From positions 1,900 to 65,899 of the forward strand of contig JAFLTY010000003.1 of NCBI GenBank assembly GCA_022509065.1: DNA of 64,000 bases, in the 5' to 3' direction. This document shows positions 9,351 through 18,215 of the stretch, piece by piece. How positions within the stretch are numbered: position 1 is the first letter of the stretch; the number at the start of each line of letters is the position of its first letter. Position numbers and translations under genes: made by a program. Source of the DNA: Muribaculaceae bacterium (GTDB taxonomy: Bacteria; Bacteroidota; Bacteroidia; Bacteroidales; Muribaculaceae). Below the pieces are notes generated by a model. It had not been told where the DNA came from and made no database searches. It was given only the letters and a program-made list of their open reading frames with translations.

Positions 9351-9952
9351 TTCTTAATAATACGGGTGACATATACCTTGTTATCGACTCCGGTAAGGGT
9401 GATGATATAAGTACCCGGAGCGAGTTGAGATAAATCGGCCGATACAAAGGCCTCTCCCCCATTATCGACAAGGGCGCATAGTGTGCCCGACGTTGAAATG
9501 GCTGTCAATTGTACAGCCGGTGTCGCGCTAAACTCAACATGACCTGTAGTGGGATTTGGTGATACATAAAATTGAGCGAAACGCGGGTCAGAAACTCCGG
9601 CGGTAGTTACATCAAAAGTCACTGTCTGCATGCAGTCGCAAGTGTCCGATATGTCGAGGTGATACTTACCCTCATCATAAACGGTAATCGTTTCGGTTTC
9701 TCCTAATGTGCGACCCGTGTCATCATACCAGCGGTAGGTATATTCTCCGCTGCCTCCCTTGACTACAAGGTTGGCGCCAAGGAGCAATTGTCCGCCTTCA
9801 GCGGGAAGTGCTGTGTTAATCTGGTCGGTAAAAATCTCAAAAAGCGGATTTTGATTAATCCGCATCTCGACGACTGACTGCGCCGAGACTTTTGCGCATG
9901 CCATCACAGAAAGGAGAACAAGTGCAAAAGTGAAGTTTTTTTTCATAAACAT
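9347..9952 (-). CDS. Small secreted protein: Ig-like module plus full-length T9SS type-A C-terminal sorting domain
   Basis: Signal peptide MFMKKNFTFALVLLSVMACAKVSA. The GGSGEYTYRW motif is SprB/PKD-like. The C-terminus FYVSPNPTTGHVEF...LAPGTYIITL...VYVTRIIKK matches the Por-secretion tail pattern. Confidence 0.6.
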   Translation of the reverse strand: MFMKKNFTFALVLLSVMACAKVSAQSVVEMRINQNPLFEIFTDQINTALPAEGGQLLLGANLVVKGGSGEYTYRWYDDTGRTLGETETITVYDEGKYHLDISDTCDCMQTVTFDVTTAGVSDPRFAQFYVSPNPTTGHVEFSATPAVQLTAISTSGTLCALVDNGGEAFVSADLSQLAPGTYIITLTGVDNKVYVTRIIKK

Positions 9953-9995
9953 TATTTAATTCTTAGAATTTCATGGTTGATTTGTCAGACTGGCG

Positions 9996-11561
9996 TCATT
10001 TACCCAACACCACTTTGCTGTGGCCAACGATATAGACATCTTTGGGGAGAGAATCCCTGACATTTTTCAGGGTACCGATGTGACGGCCGGTCAGCGAATA
10101 GACTTCTTCTTCATCGTCCACATTTCTCATGATGATATCTTCTACGGCGTTCATCTGGTCTTTCGAAAGCAACCACTTTGCCAACAACGCATATTCAGAA
10201 GCAAAAGCGAACTGATGGAAGGCTTTTGTCACCACATCGTTACCCCAGCCGTCAAGCAGTCGAATGGGCAAAAGGTTATTGCGATTGTGATTTTCAAAAG
10301 CATAATCCAACGTTGTCTGAAACGAGGTCAATCCCGTGTTGGCCGATGTGTTCGTCGTGTAGGGATATGCATCGACATACGAACGCATGAGAACATCGTT
10401 AAACCAGGTGTTAAACCCGGATGTCGCTGTCGCGTCGGTGTTAAACTCGTAGGCATTCTGTTTGCGCACATATTTGGCAAATTTGTTCAGAGATGCCTTG
10501 CTGATTGTTGAAAGATCGTCGCGATAGTCCTCATCATCTGTGACACGGAAAAGTTCAGCGGCACCGGCAATCATTGTGCCTGTGTTGTAACTATAAAAAT
10601 TTCCTGTGGGACCGCCACAATCGACATGCTGGCGAAAACCCCTCGACACGATTATTTCACCGGGAGCTCCCATCATGTCCCAGAAAACGCCGGACGAATG
10701 TTGGAGCTTGTCTTTCTGCCAGTGATAGATGCGTTTGGCAAAATCAAGATAGTAGTCGGTTCGTGGTAATGTTTCCTTTACCACATTGTTTGTTTCTGCT
10801 TGCCGATAACAATACTGGACAGTATCGTCGCGGTCAGAGTATATGTCAGAGAGCCACACAAGCGGCTGAATAATGGGCGAGTTACTGCAAGCGTGTTTAG
10901 AGTTGTAACCGGGTCCCCATGTAATGCCGCCGTATTCCTCACCGTTTTCGTCTCGCCAGCAATCCCATCCTTCAAGGACATAGTCTGTCAGATAGGACGC
11001 AAGCTCCAGATAATCTTCGTTGTCAGTTAACCTATAGGCGCGGATGAGTTCGCGAGCCAACCACATCTGGTCATCGTAGACATTTAGGATGCCGGTGACA
11101 TTTGCCGTACCGCGAACCGAAGCTCGGGGCACAGCATATACGCTCCACTCTTTATTGCTGGTAGCATACGAAGACAGCCGATAGGTTCCTCGGTAATATT
11201 CGAGATTATCAATAAGGCGAATAAGCTGTTCCTTATATTTGTCAAAGTAGTCGTCGTAAAGTATAGGGTCAATTTCCTTTAGCTCGTTAAGCGCCTCGAG
11301 GATAGAGTTATGTGCCTCGATAGCCGCGGTGTACGGCCAAACATCGCTTGGACCGCTGGCGCTCCCGGTCTGGGTGTTATAAGTATCGGCCATGTACATG
11401 TTGTCTTCCGTACCCTTCATCGAGGAGGACCATGCGGCATCGGCTATCGCCATGGCGCGCGTGATGTTATTTACCGCCGTCTGCTGAGCGTCGGTCAACT
11501 GACCTACGACAGCACAACTCGACCAAAGAATCCCTGTCAACAACAATACTACTTTTCTCAT
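9996..11561 (-). CDS. GH76-like alpha-1,6-mannanase candidate with short T9SS-like C-terminal tail
   Basis: YDDQMWLARELIRAY shows the Asp-Asp pair context of GH76. GGITWGPGY and VWPYTAAIEAH blocks are also present. N-terminal signal is MRKVVLLLTGILWSSC. The tail is VYSLTGRHIG...DVYIVGHSKVVLGK. Confidence 0.6.
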   Translation of the reverse strand: MRKVVLLLTGILWSSCAVVGQLTDAQQTAVNNITRAMAIADAAWSSSMKGTEDNMYMADTYNTQTGSASGPSDVWPYTAAIEAHNSILEALNELKEIDPILYDDYFDKYKEQLIRLIDNLEYYRGTYRLSSYATSNKEWSVYAVPRASVRGTANVTGILNVYDDQMWLARELIRAYRLTDNEDYLELASYLTDYVLEGWDCWRDENGEEYGGITWGPGYNSKHACSNSPIIQPLVWLSDIYSDRDDTVQYCYRQAETNNVVKETLPRTDYYLDFAKRIYHWQKDKLQHSSGVFWDMMGAPGEIIVSRGFRQHVDCGGPTGNFYSYNTGTMIAGAAELFRVTDDEDYRDDLSTISKASLNKFAKYVRKQNAYEFNTDATATSGFNTWFNDVLMRSYVDAYPYTTNTSANTGLTSFQTTLDYAFENHNRNNLLPIRLLDGWGNDVVTKAFHQFAFASEYALLAKWLLSKDQMNAVEDIIMRNVDDEEEVYSLTGRHIGTLKNVRDSLPKDVYIVGHSKVVLGK

Positions 11562-11603
11562 ACAAATATTTTTCTCATTTAGAATAAATTCTTGAATAGG
11601 ATT

Positions 11604-11662
11604 AGTGGAACACCCGACTCCACTTACAATTGACTCTCTTTATACACGTCGGGCGTTCCACT
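11604..11662 (-). promoter_or_regulatory. Intra-operon stem-loop (15-bp arms, 14/15 paired, 29-nt loop) between surface-lipoprotein gene and GH76 gene
   Basis: AGTGGAACACCCGAC (11604-11618) pairs with GTCGGGCGTTCCACT (11648-11662). It lies inside the 182-nt gap of an otherwise tightly packed operon. Confidence 0.45.
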
Positions 11663-11743
11663 TACTGATAACATACATTCATTTGATTTTGCACGAAGTA
11701 ATTTTTATCAGTACCTAATCAAAAACCTAAAATTAACCTGTTC

Positions 11744-12814
11744 TTATTCAAATACAATCTGGTCTTCTTCCGGCATCTGGGTGTTGAGCTTACGTTCCAT
11801 TGTCATGTTACCGGTGACATTGTAGGTAATAACCGAGCCGGGAGCGGTACGATAGTCGTCAAACGTATAGTTAACATCGCTGACAATCAGCGTACGTCTG
11901 ACAATATACGATTGAACCTCGTCTTCTTGTTCGATGATAGTGTACGAGGCAAGACCATTTTGCGAGAAGTTTAGCTGTTCATTGTCGGTAAACAGTTCGA
12001 CAGTGCCCGAGGTGCCCCCTACCTTATTGGGAGTGAAGCGAGCAAAAATTTTGAAATCTTTGCGCAACTGGCTGCTTTCGTCAAATGTACCGGCATAGAA
12101 GAACACCGTGTTTTGGTCGACGGCATAAGTCTGTACCGTCGTCATGGCACCGGGTTCGTTGTCAACGACACCGCCCGATATGATGTAGAACTTCATGTTG
12201 GTTGCCTGAAAGACACCCGAAAAGTCTGTATAGGGCAGTATGCGCAACATGGCGGTGGCATAATTTTTGCGAGGATTTCGGAAGCAACCGTCAGACTGGT
12301 TTTCAACCACAGTCAGAGGAAGCACATAACGGTCGCTAAGATCGATGGTACGGAAATCCATCATGATGGGTAGCAACCCTATGTTTTCTCCTTTGGGAAT
12401 CTTTATTGATTCGGGGTAAGATGCATATTCCGACATATCTTTATACCATATCTCGGGACGGTTGATACTGAAACGCTCGATATTAAGTATGTCCAGAGTG
12501 TCAGAGTGAGCAACATGCGCTATGATATCGCGTGCGTTATCTGTCGATCCGCTGACAATCATGGGCAGATTGTAACTTGACAGACCTTCGCCATAGATAG
12601 GAGTGCCATCTTCGTTAACCCTCGTGAAAGGTATGTACACGGTGGTGACACCAACGCTTGAACCCTCGGTGTCGAGCGGTGCTTTGAAACTCACATACTG
12701 GAAATATTGTTCTTCGGTCCAGTCATTGTTACATGATGTAAGGCCAACGGCAGCAAGCATAAGAGCCGAACCCATCATGAACACCTTGTTATATTTGCTT
12801 ATATTCATTTTCAT
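11744..12814 (-). CDS. PUL-associated surface lipoprotein (SusE/F-position, DUF1735/DUF4361-like; candidate glycan-binding protein)
   Basis: Lipoprotein signal ...LAAVGLTSC. It sits immediately downstream of susD. The sequence is beta-rich with no catalytic motifs that I recognise. Confidence 0.5.
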   Translation of the reverse strand: MKMNISKYNKVFMMGSALMLAAVGLTSCNNDWTEEQYFQYVSFKAPLDTEGSSVGVTTVYIPFTRVNEDGTPIYGEGLSSYNLPMIVSGSTDNARDIIAHVAHSDTLDILNIERFSINRPEIWYKDMSEYASYPESIKIPKGENIGLLPIMMDFRTIDLSDRYVLPLTVVENQSDGCFRNPRKNYATAMLRILPYTDFSGVFQATNMKFYIISGGVVDNEPGAMTTVQTYAVDQNTVFFYAGTFDESSQLRKDFKIFARFTPNKVGGTSGTVELFTDNEQLNFSQNGLASYTIIEQEDEVQSYIVRRTLIVSDVNYTFDDYRTAPGSVITYNVTGNMTMERKLNTQMPEEDQIVFE

Positions 12815-12856
12815 GCGTGTAAGTTTTTAATCGGTTGATATGATTGGTTAAAGCCA

Positions 12857-15034
12857 TTAGTCTTGTGTCTGCCAACCGGGATTCTGTACCAACTCTTTGT
12901 TGCGTTTCAGCTCGTCAAAACAGATGGGCCAGAAATACATCTTGTCGGCGAAAACTGTCGGAAGGTTATAGATAGGCACTACGCGTTGGAATTCGTCAGG
13001 CTGCTTGGAAGTCATCATGACATTACATCCGTAAATTGTCTTCGATTCTTCGACGGGAGCATCCATCCAACGACGAAGGTCGTAATAGCGCTTGCCTTCG
13101 CCCATAAGCTCAATCATGCGTTCGCGTTTGATTTTGTTGCGTAGTGTCATCTGGTCACCGTATTCGCCGGGTGTGTAATCGGGCAAACCGGCACGACAGC
13201 GAACGGGACGTATGCCACGCTTCATTTCTGTCACATCGCGGCTTATGTTGTAGGTTTTCTTGCCATCCCACGACGGAATTGAGTAGGAACCGTTCAGTTC
13301 GTTAAGCGCCTCGGCATACATAAGGAGGATGTCGGCATAGCGTATGGCAGGTTCCCATTTATGCACGATATTGTCATAGTCACCGCCATCACGGATTGTG
13401 CGGTAATCGTTAGGATTCACCCATTTCTTGCAACCGATGCCGGTACGCAGGTAGTACGAGTTGTTCTGATAACCATTGTTGGTTGTTGTCGATGTACTTG
13501 AACCGTCGCTCGAACCTCCGGTGCTTGTGGTACCGCGGTAATAGAATATCTGCTGATATCTGTTCGAGTTGCTGCGTGTGGGACACGGATCCCACCAGTA
13601 CGAACCGTTAAACGACACGCAAGCATAGAAGCGAGGTTCGCGATTGGCGTATTGCATCGACACGTTGGGGCCAAGAGGCGGGAAGTTGGTGTAGACGTTA
13701 GCACCACGGGTTGTCGTCCATTCTTTCGAACGTTCCGAACCGTCACCACCGTTAAGCTCGCTGTCTTTACCGGCAACATCGGTACCGTCGTTCATATAAT
13801 AAGCGTCAACCATTTTCTGGGTAAGACCGTGACTGTTGAAACCGAACAACGAGTTAGGCATTTGGTGTGTCACAAAGCCATCGACATTCGAGTGCCAGCT
13901 ATAATCGGCGTTGTAACCGCGCGAGAAAATAATTTCAGAGTTGTCCAGACCTACGACACCGTTAAAGTAATCGCGGTACGACAGATACGGGTCAATGTCC
14001 ATCCATCCGTCAGGCCAAGCTTTCGTCGAGAAATCGCCGTCATCGGGAGGAGTTATTGTTTTGGGATAACCGGTGTTCTTGTTATCGCTGGTATTTACAC
14101 CGGCATGGTAAAGTTCGTAGTGTGCCTCACACTCGATGACGTCGCGGCAGGCAGCAGCGGCGCGCGCCCATTTAGATTCGTCGTAAGTGAGCGACAACAG
14201 AGGCTGACCGTCACGATTGCGTAAGTTCTGGGCAAAAGCATCGGTTACACCGGCGGGATGATAGCCGTTGGCAAGCTGACCGTTGGCAAGGGGACTTGCG
14301 GCATAGAGATAGGCCAACGCGCGGGTGGCAAGAGCTGCACCTTTGGTGGGACGTATAATCGCTGTAGCGTCGGTGTTACCCTGGAAACGGCTCCACGACT
14401 GCAGTTCTTCGCAAGCTTGTACCATTTCGGCTCCGATGAACTCGGCTACCTCTTCGTAGGTGCTACGCGGTGTGGCCAGTTCCTCATAAGGAAGCGTATA
14501 GTCAGCTCCGTTTTCAGGCATGATGGGCACAGGACCGTAACGGCGCAACAACAACCAATAATAATATGCGCGTACGAAACGAGCCTGACCTTTCATGTCA
14601 AGACGTTCCTCAAGGGTCAGTTTATCGTTCATGTCTATGTTCTGAATGAACACCGATGCTTGATAAATACCCTTGTAGGCGTTGTACCACGCGTTCTGTG
14701 CAAAGTTCTCGTTGTAGTCGCCTTGTTTTATCGCATTGTATGACTCCATGTAGGGGTAGGCATCGCCGCGATATTCGTCACGGTCGCCATAGTACATATC
14801 GTCAGCAAAACACTGGAAGTAGGTTCTTTCTTTTGTTTTGCAGTCGGCCAAATCGCCACGGAGAAAAGAGAATGATTGGGTAAGCCAGGCGTTAGTCTGG
14901 TTTATATCGGTGAATACGCTCTCGAGCGTTCTACGGTCTTCGAGGTACTTGTCGGCATCGAGAACGTCGCTGCACGATGTCAATGCGGTGAGAGCACCGG
15001 TAACGAATAATATTGAATAAAATTTATTTTTCAT
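12857..15034 (-). CDS. susD: SusD/RagB-family nutrient-binding outer-membrane lipoprotein (long, 725 aa)
   Basis: Lipoprotein signal MKNKFYSILFVTGALTALTSC. It lies 13 nt downstream of SusC. The helical N-terminal half is SusD-like, with conserved C-terminal YFWPI...EL..N....QNPGW. Confidence 0.85.
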   Translation of the reverse strand: MKNKFYSILFVTGALTALTSCSDVLDADKYLEDRRTLESVFTDINQTNAWLTQSFSFLRGDLADCKTKERTYFQCFADDMYYGDRDEYRGDAYPYMESYNAIKQGDYNENFAQNAWYNAYKGIYQASVFIQNIDMNDKLTLEERLDMKGQARFVRAYYYWLLLRRYGPVPIMPENGADYTLPYEELATPRSTYEEVAEFIGAEMVQACEELQSWSRFQGNTDATAIIRPTKGAALATRALAYLYAASPLANGQLANGYHPAGVTDAFAQNLRNRDGQPLLSLTYDESKWARAAAACRDVIECEAHYELYHAGVNTSDNKNTGYPKTITPPDDGDFSTKAWPDGWMDIDPYLSYRDYFNGVVGLDNSEIIFSRGYNADYSWHSNVDGFVTHQMPNSLFGFNSHGLTQKMVDAYYMNDGTDVAGKDSELNGGDGSERSKEWTTTRGANVYTNFPPLGPNVSMQYANREPRFYACVSFNGSYWWDPCPTRSNSNRYQQIFYYRGTTSTGGSSDGSSTSTTTNNGYQNNSYYLRTGIGCKKWVNPNDYRTIRDGGDYDNIVHKWEPAIRYADILLMYAEALNELNGSYSIPSWDGKKTYNISRDVTEMKRGIRPVRCRAGLPDYTPGEYGDQMTLRNKIKRERMIELMGEGKRYYDLRRWMDAPVEESKTIYGCNVMMTSKQPDEFQRVVPIYNLPTVFADKMYFWPICFDELKRNKELVQNPGWQTQD

Positions 15035-15047
15035 GAGTCAGACAGGA

Positions 15048-18000
15048 TTAAAAGTTAAGTTGGAAACCTACTGTCACTGATTTTGTCAGCGGGTATGCCT
15101 CGCCGTTCGAGCTACCCATTTCGGGGTCCCAAAGCTTGAAAGCGGAGAATGTCAACAGGTTTGTGCCTTGCAGGAAGAAACGGCAACTTTCGAAATGAAT
15201 AGCCTGCATCCATTTGTCGGGGAGGTTGTAACCCACTTCAAGGTTTTTGAGTCGCAGATAGCTTATGTCACGCATCCAATAACTCGACGCGCGGTAGTTG
15301 TTGTGCGAAGCGTTGCTCTGAAGATAAACCAGGCGGGGATATGTGGCGTTGGGATTCTCGTTAGCGGGTATACCGAGCTGGGCGGCTGTTTCCGAATCAA
15401 CCCAACGGTCATTGACCATGTCCTTAAGAATCTGGCCGTAACGGTCCTGGCTGAAAGCCCATACTGTCTTGCCTGAAAGCAATACTGTCGACTTACCGCT
15501 TCCCTGGAAGTGAACGTTAAAGTCAAATCCGCGCCATTGTACCGATACACCGACACCATAAATAAGATTAGGTGTGCTTGTCGCGCCGATGGCCACTTCG
15601 TCGCTGCTGTCCACTATACCGTCACCGTTGACATCCTTATACTTGATATCACCGGGCTGAACGTCACCGAACATCTGTTTGGGCGAATTGCGGATATCTT
15701 CATAATCCTCGAAAAGTCCCAGAGCCACAAGACCGCGCTGTTGGTTGATGCGATAGCCGGTTTGATACTGATAGGGATAAACGGCGTTCTCTACGTCATA
15801 GTCAAGAATGGTGTTCTTACTGTAGGTAAGGTTGCCGCGTACTGTCACTGCCACTTCGCCGAAGCGTTCGTTGTAGAAGAAGTTACCGTCCACACCTTCC
15901 GATTTGACGGCGCCTACGTTAGCCCACGGTGCTGATTCAAGACCCATGGAACCGGGCAGGAAGTTACGTATCATGTAAATACCGGTACGTTTTTCGTGGA
16001 AGTAGTCGGCGGTGATGTTGAAACGGCCGTTGAAAAGGCTGAGGTCAACACCCACGTCTTGCTTCGTCGATACTTCCCAGGTAACATTTGTGGCGGCAAG
16101 CGACGCAAAGTGCATACCTTGCATATAGGCGGCTCGTGTCTGGTCGGTAAGCGTACCGAAGTTATAGATATTGTCGCCTGTATAGTCGATGGTGTACAGA
16201 TAGGGGAAACGGGTACCCATTTTGTCGTTACCTACCTTACCCCATGAGTAACGTATCTTGAACATGTTAAGCCATGAACCAGCGCCGGACATCCACGGTT
16301 CGTTTGCAACGTTCCATGCCACCGAGAAAGCGGGGAAGAAACCGAAGCGGTGTCCTTTTGCGAAGTTTTCCGAACCGTTATAACCGAAGTTGAAATCGGC
16401 GAAGTAACGGTACTTATAGTTGTAAAGCACCTGGCCGGCAAGTGCCATGTTTTTACGGGCGATACCGTTTTTGATATCATCGCCGATGTTCTGTGTGGCG
16501 ATACTCGAGTCGTATGTGTATTTAACAGTAGCACCTACGTTATTTCCACCTTTGAACTCGCGGCTGTATGTCAGCATAAGGTCAAGGAATGTGCGGCGCG
16601 AACCGTCGTTACCCGAAGCCTGATACATATCGACTTTATCTTTGATTTTGTCGAAAATGAGTTCGCCGGTCACGTTGTCACGTCCATTGGCGTACCAACG
16701 GTCGGGTTGCTGAAGATGATCGATGTAGTTGTAGTTATATGTGTCGTAACCGAAGCGACCCACAAAACGCAAGCCGGGGGTAACGAACTTAAGATCCTGT
16801 TCGAGAGAAACGTTGTTTTGAAGGTTGTTGTTCCATTCCTGACGATAACCGGTCTGGGTTGTCATTACCCACGGGTTGGTGCGAAGATCGTCACGATTCA
16901 TATTGATCATGGGCACATAACCGTTGCTGTACATGATAGGAGTAAGAATGGCATTGTAACCGAACAACGAGTTCCATGCGTCGCCGTCACCCATACCAGG
17001 AGCGTTACGCAACGACAAGTCGCCCGATGTGCCTATTCTCAACAGTGTAGTCGAGGTGATGTCTATGTCAAGATTTACGCGGTAGTTCCAACGGCTATAG
17101 TTGGCGTTGGTGTTGTAACGTTCGCGCAGTGTGGCATCGGTCTTGTACATACCTTCTTCGTTGACATACGACACTGAAGCATAGTAACGCACGTTACGCG
17201 CACCGCCGCTCAGGTTAAGATTGGCGCGATAGCTCATGGCGCCGTCCTTCAGAATAAGGTCTTTCCAGTCCACATTGGGATAGAGGTCGGGGTCGAGACC
17301 GTTTGCAAACAGTTCGAGCTCGGTGGGAGTAAAATATGTACCGTTGCTTCGGGTGATATTGGCTTCATTGAGCAACGAGGCGTATGTCAAACCGTCAACA
17401 AACTCGGGAGTGCGTGTACGTGTGTTGTATGCACTCTCGAACTTTGCGTTTATCTTGATTGAGCCTTCGTTACCGTGTTTTGTGGTGATAAGCACAACGC
17501 CGTTAGCGCCCTTCGAACCGTAGATGGCGGTTGCCGATGCGTCCTTGAGGACTGTGAAGGTCTCGATATCCTCGATATTGAGGTCGTCGATGTTTTCACG
17601 CTCGAAACCGTCCACCAGAATATAGGCCGATGAGCCGGCACCGAATGTCGAGATACCGCGAATCCAGAATTCCGACTTGTTCTTACCGGGCTGACCGGAT
17701 GTCTGCATCGCGATAACACCGGGAACGTTACCTGCAAGAGCGTTAGACAGGTTGGAGGTGTTGTAGTGTTTGATGTCATCTACGTCGATAGCCGTCACAG
17801 CACCCGTCACCGTGATTTTCTTACGGGCACCCATACCGGTTACGACAACCTCGTCAAGAATATTATTGGATTTCATGCGGACAACGAAATCGCTGGCAGG
17901 TATTTTATCAATATGGAATTCCTGCGGATCCATGCCCACATAGCTTATAACAATTGCTTTTGCCGATGCCGGCACGTCAATTTCAAAATTACCGTCAATG

Positions 18001-18176
18001 TCGGTGGCAACGCCCACTTTCTGACCCTTGACCACTACTGACGCTCCGATAAGGGGTTCGTCATCTTGGTCATCAAGGACAGTACCTTTTATAATCTTTG
18101 CCGAAGCCAGGGGCATAATGAAAACCAGCGCGGCAATCAAGGTGAATAGTCTTTTCAGTAACATATCGTTGATCAT
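15048..18176 (-). CDS. susC: SusC/RagA-family TonB-dependent outer-membrane transporter
   Basis: 1042 aa. The carboxypeptidase-regulatory-like N-domain reads GTVLDDQDDEPLIGASVVVKG...TDIDGNFEI. A plug and a large barrel follow. The terminal aromatic ...VGFQLNF is present. Confidence 0.9.
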   Translation of the reverse strand: MINDMLLKRLFTLIAALVFIMPLASAKIIKGTVLDDQDDEPLIGASVVVKGQKVGVATDIDGNFEIDVPASAKAIVISYVGMDPQEFHIDKIPASDFVVRMKSNNILDEVVVTGMGARKKITVTGAVTAIDVDDIKHYNTSNLSNALAGNVPGVIAMQTSGQPGKNKSEFWIRGISTFGAGSSAYILVDGFERENIDDLNIEDIETFTVLKDASATAIYGSKGANGVVLITTKHGNEGSIKINAKFESAYNTRTRTPEFVDGLTYASLLNEANITRSNGTYFTPTELELFANGLDPDLYPNVDWKDLILKDGAMSYRANLNLSGGARNVRYYASVSYVNEEGMYKTDATLRERYNTNANYSRWNYRVNLDIDITSTTLLRIGTSGDLSLRNAPGMGDGDAWNSLFGYNAILTPIMYSNGYVPMINMNRDDLRTNPWVMTTQTGYRQEWNNNLQNNVSLEQDLKFVTPGLRFVGRFGYDTYNYNYIDHLQQPDRWYANGRDNVTGELIFDKIKDKVDMYQASGNDGSRRTFLDLMLTYSREFKGGNNVGATVKYTYDSSIATQNIGDDIKNGIARKNMALAGQVLYNYKYRYFADFNFGYNGSENFAKGHRFGFFPAFSVAWNVANEPWMSGAGSWLNMFKIRYSWGKVGNDKMGTRFPYLYTIDYTGDNIYNFGTLTDQTRAAYMQGMHFASLAATNVTWEVSTKQDVGVDLSLFNGRFNITADYFHEKRTGIYMIRNFLPGSMGLESAPWANVGAVKSEGVDGNFFYNERFGEVAVTVRGNLTYSKNTILDYDVENAVYPYQYQTGYRINQQRGLVALGLFEDYEDIRNSPKQMFGDVQPGDIKYKDVNGDGIVDSSDEVAIGATSTPNLIYGVGVSVQWRGFDFNVHFQGSGKSTVLLSGKTVWAFSQDRYGQILKDMVNDRWVDSETAAQLGIPANENPNATYPRLVYLQSNASHNNYRASSYWMRDISYLRLKNLEVGYNLPDKWMQAIHFESCRFFLQGTNLLTFSAFKLWDPEMGSSNGEAYPLTKSVTVGFQLNF

Positions 18177-18215
18177 GTATTTCTAAGGTCGTGAATAAAT
18201 GTGTTCTGAGGTACC

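Noticed and set aside
16350-17177. 275-aa + strand ORF inside susC (also 15510..15935 and 17766..18041)
   Set aside because: It is antisense to the SusC-family gene and has Val/Gly-rich composition typical of spurious antisense frames.
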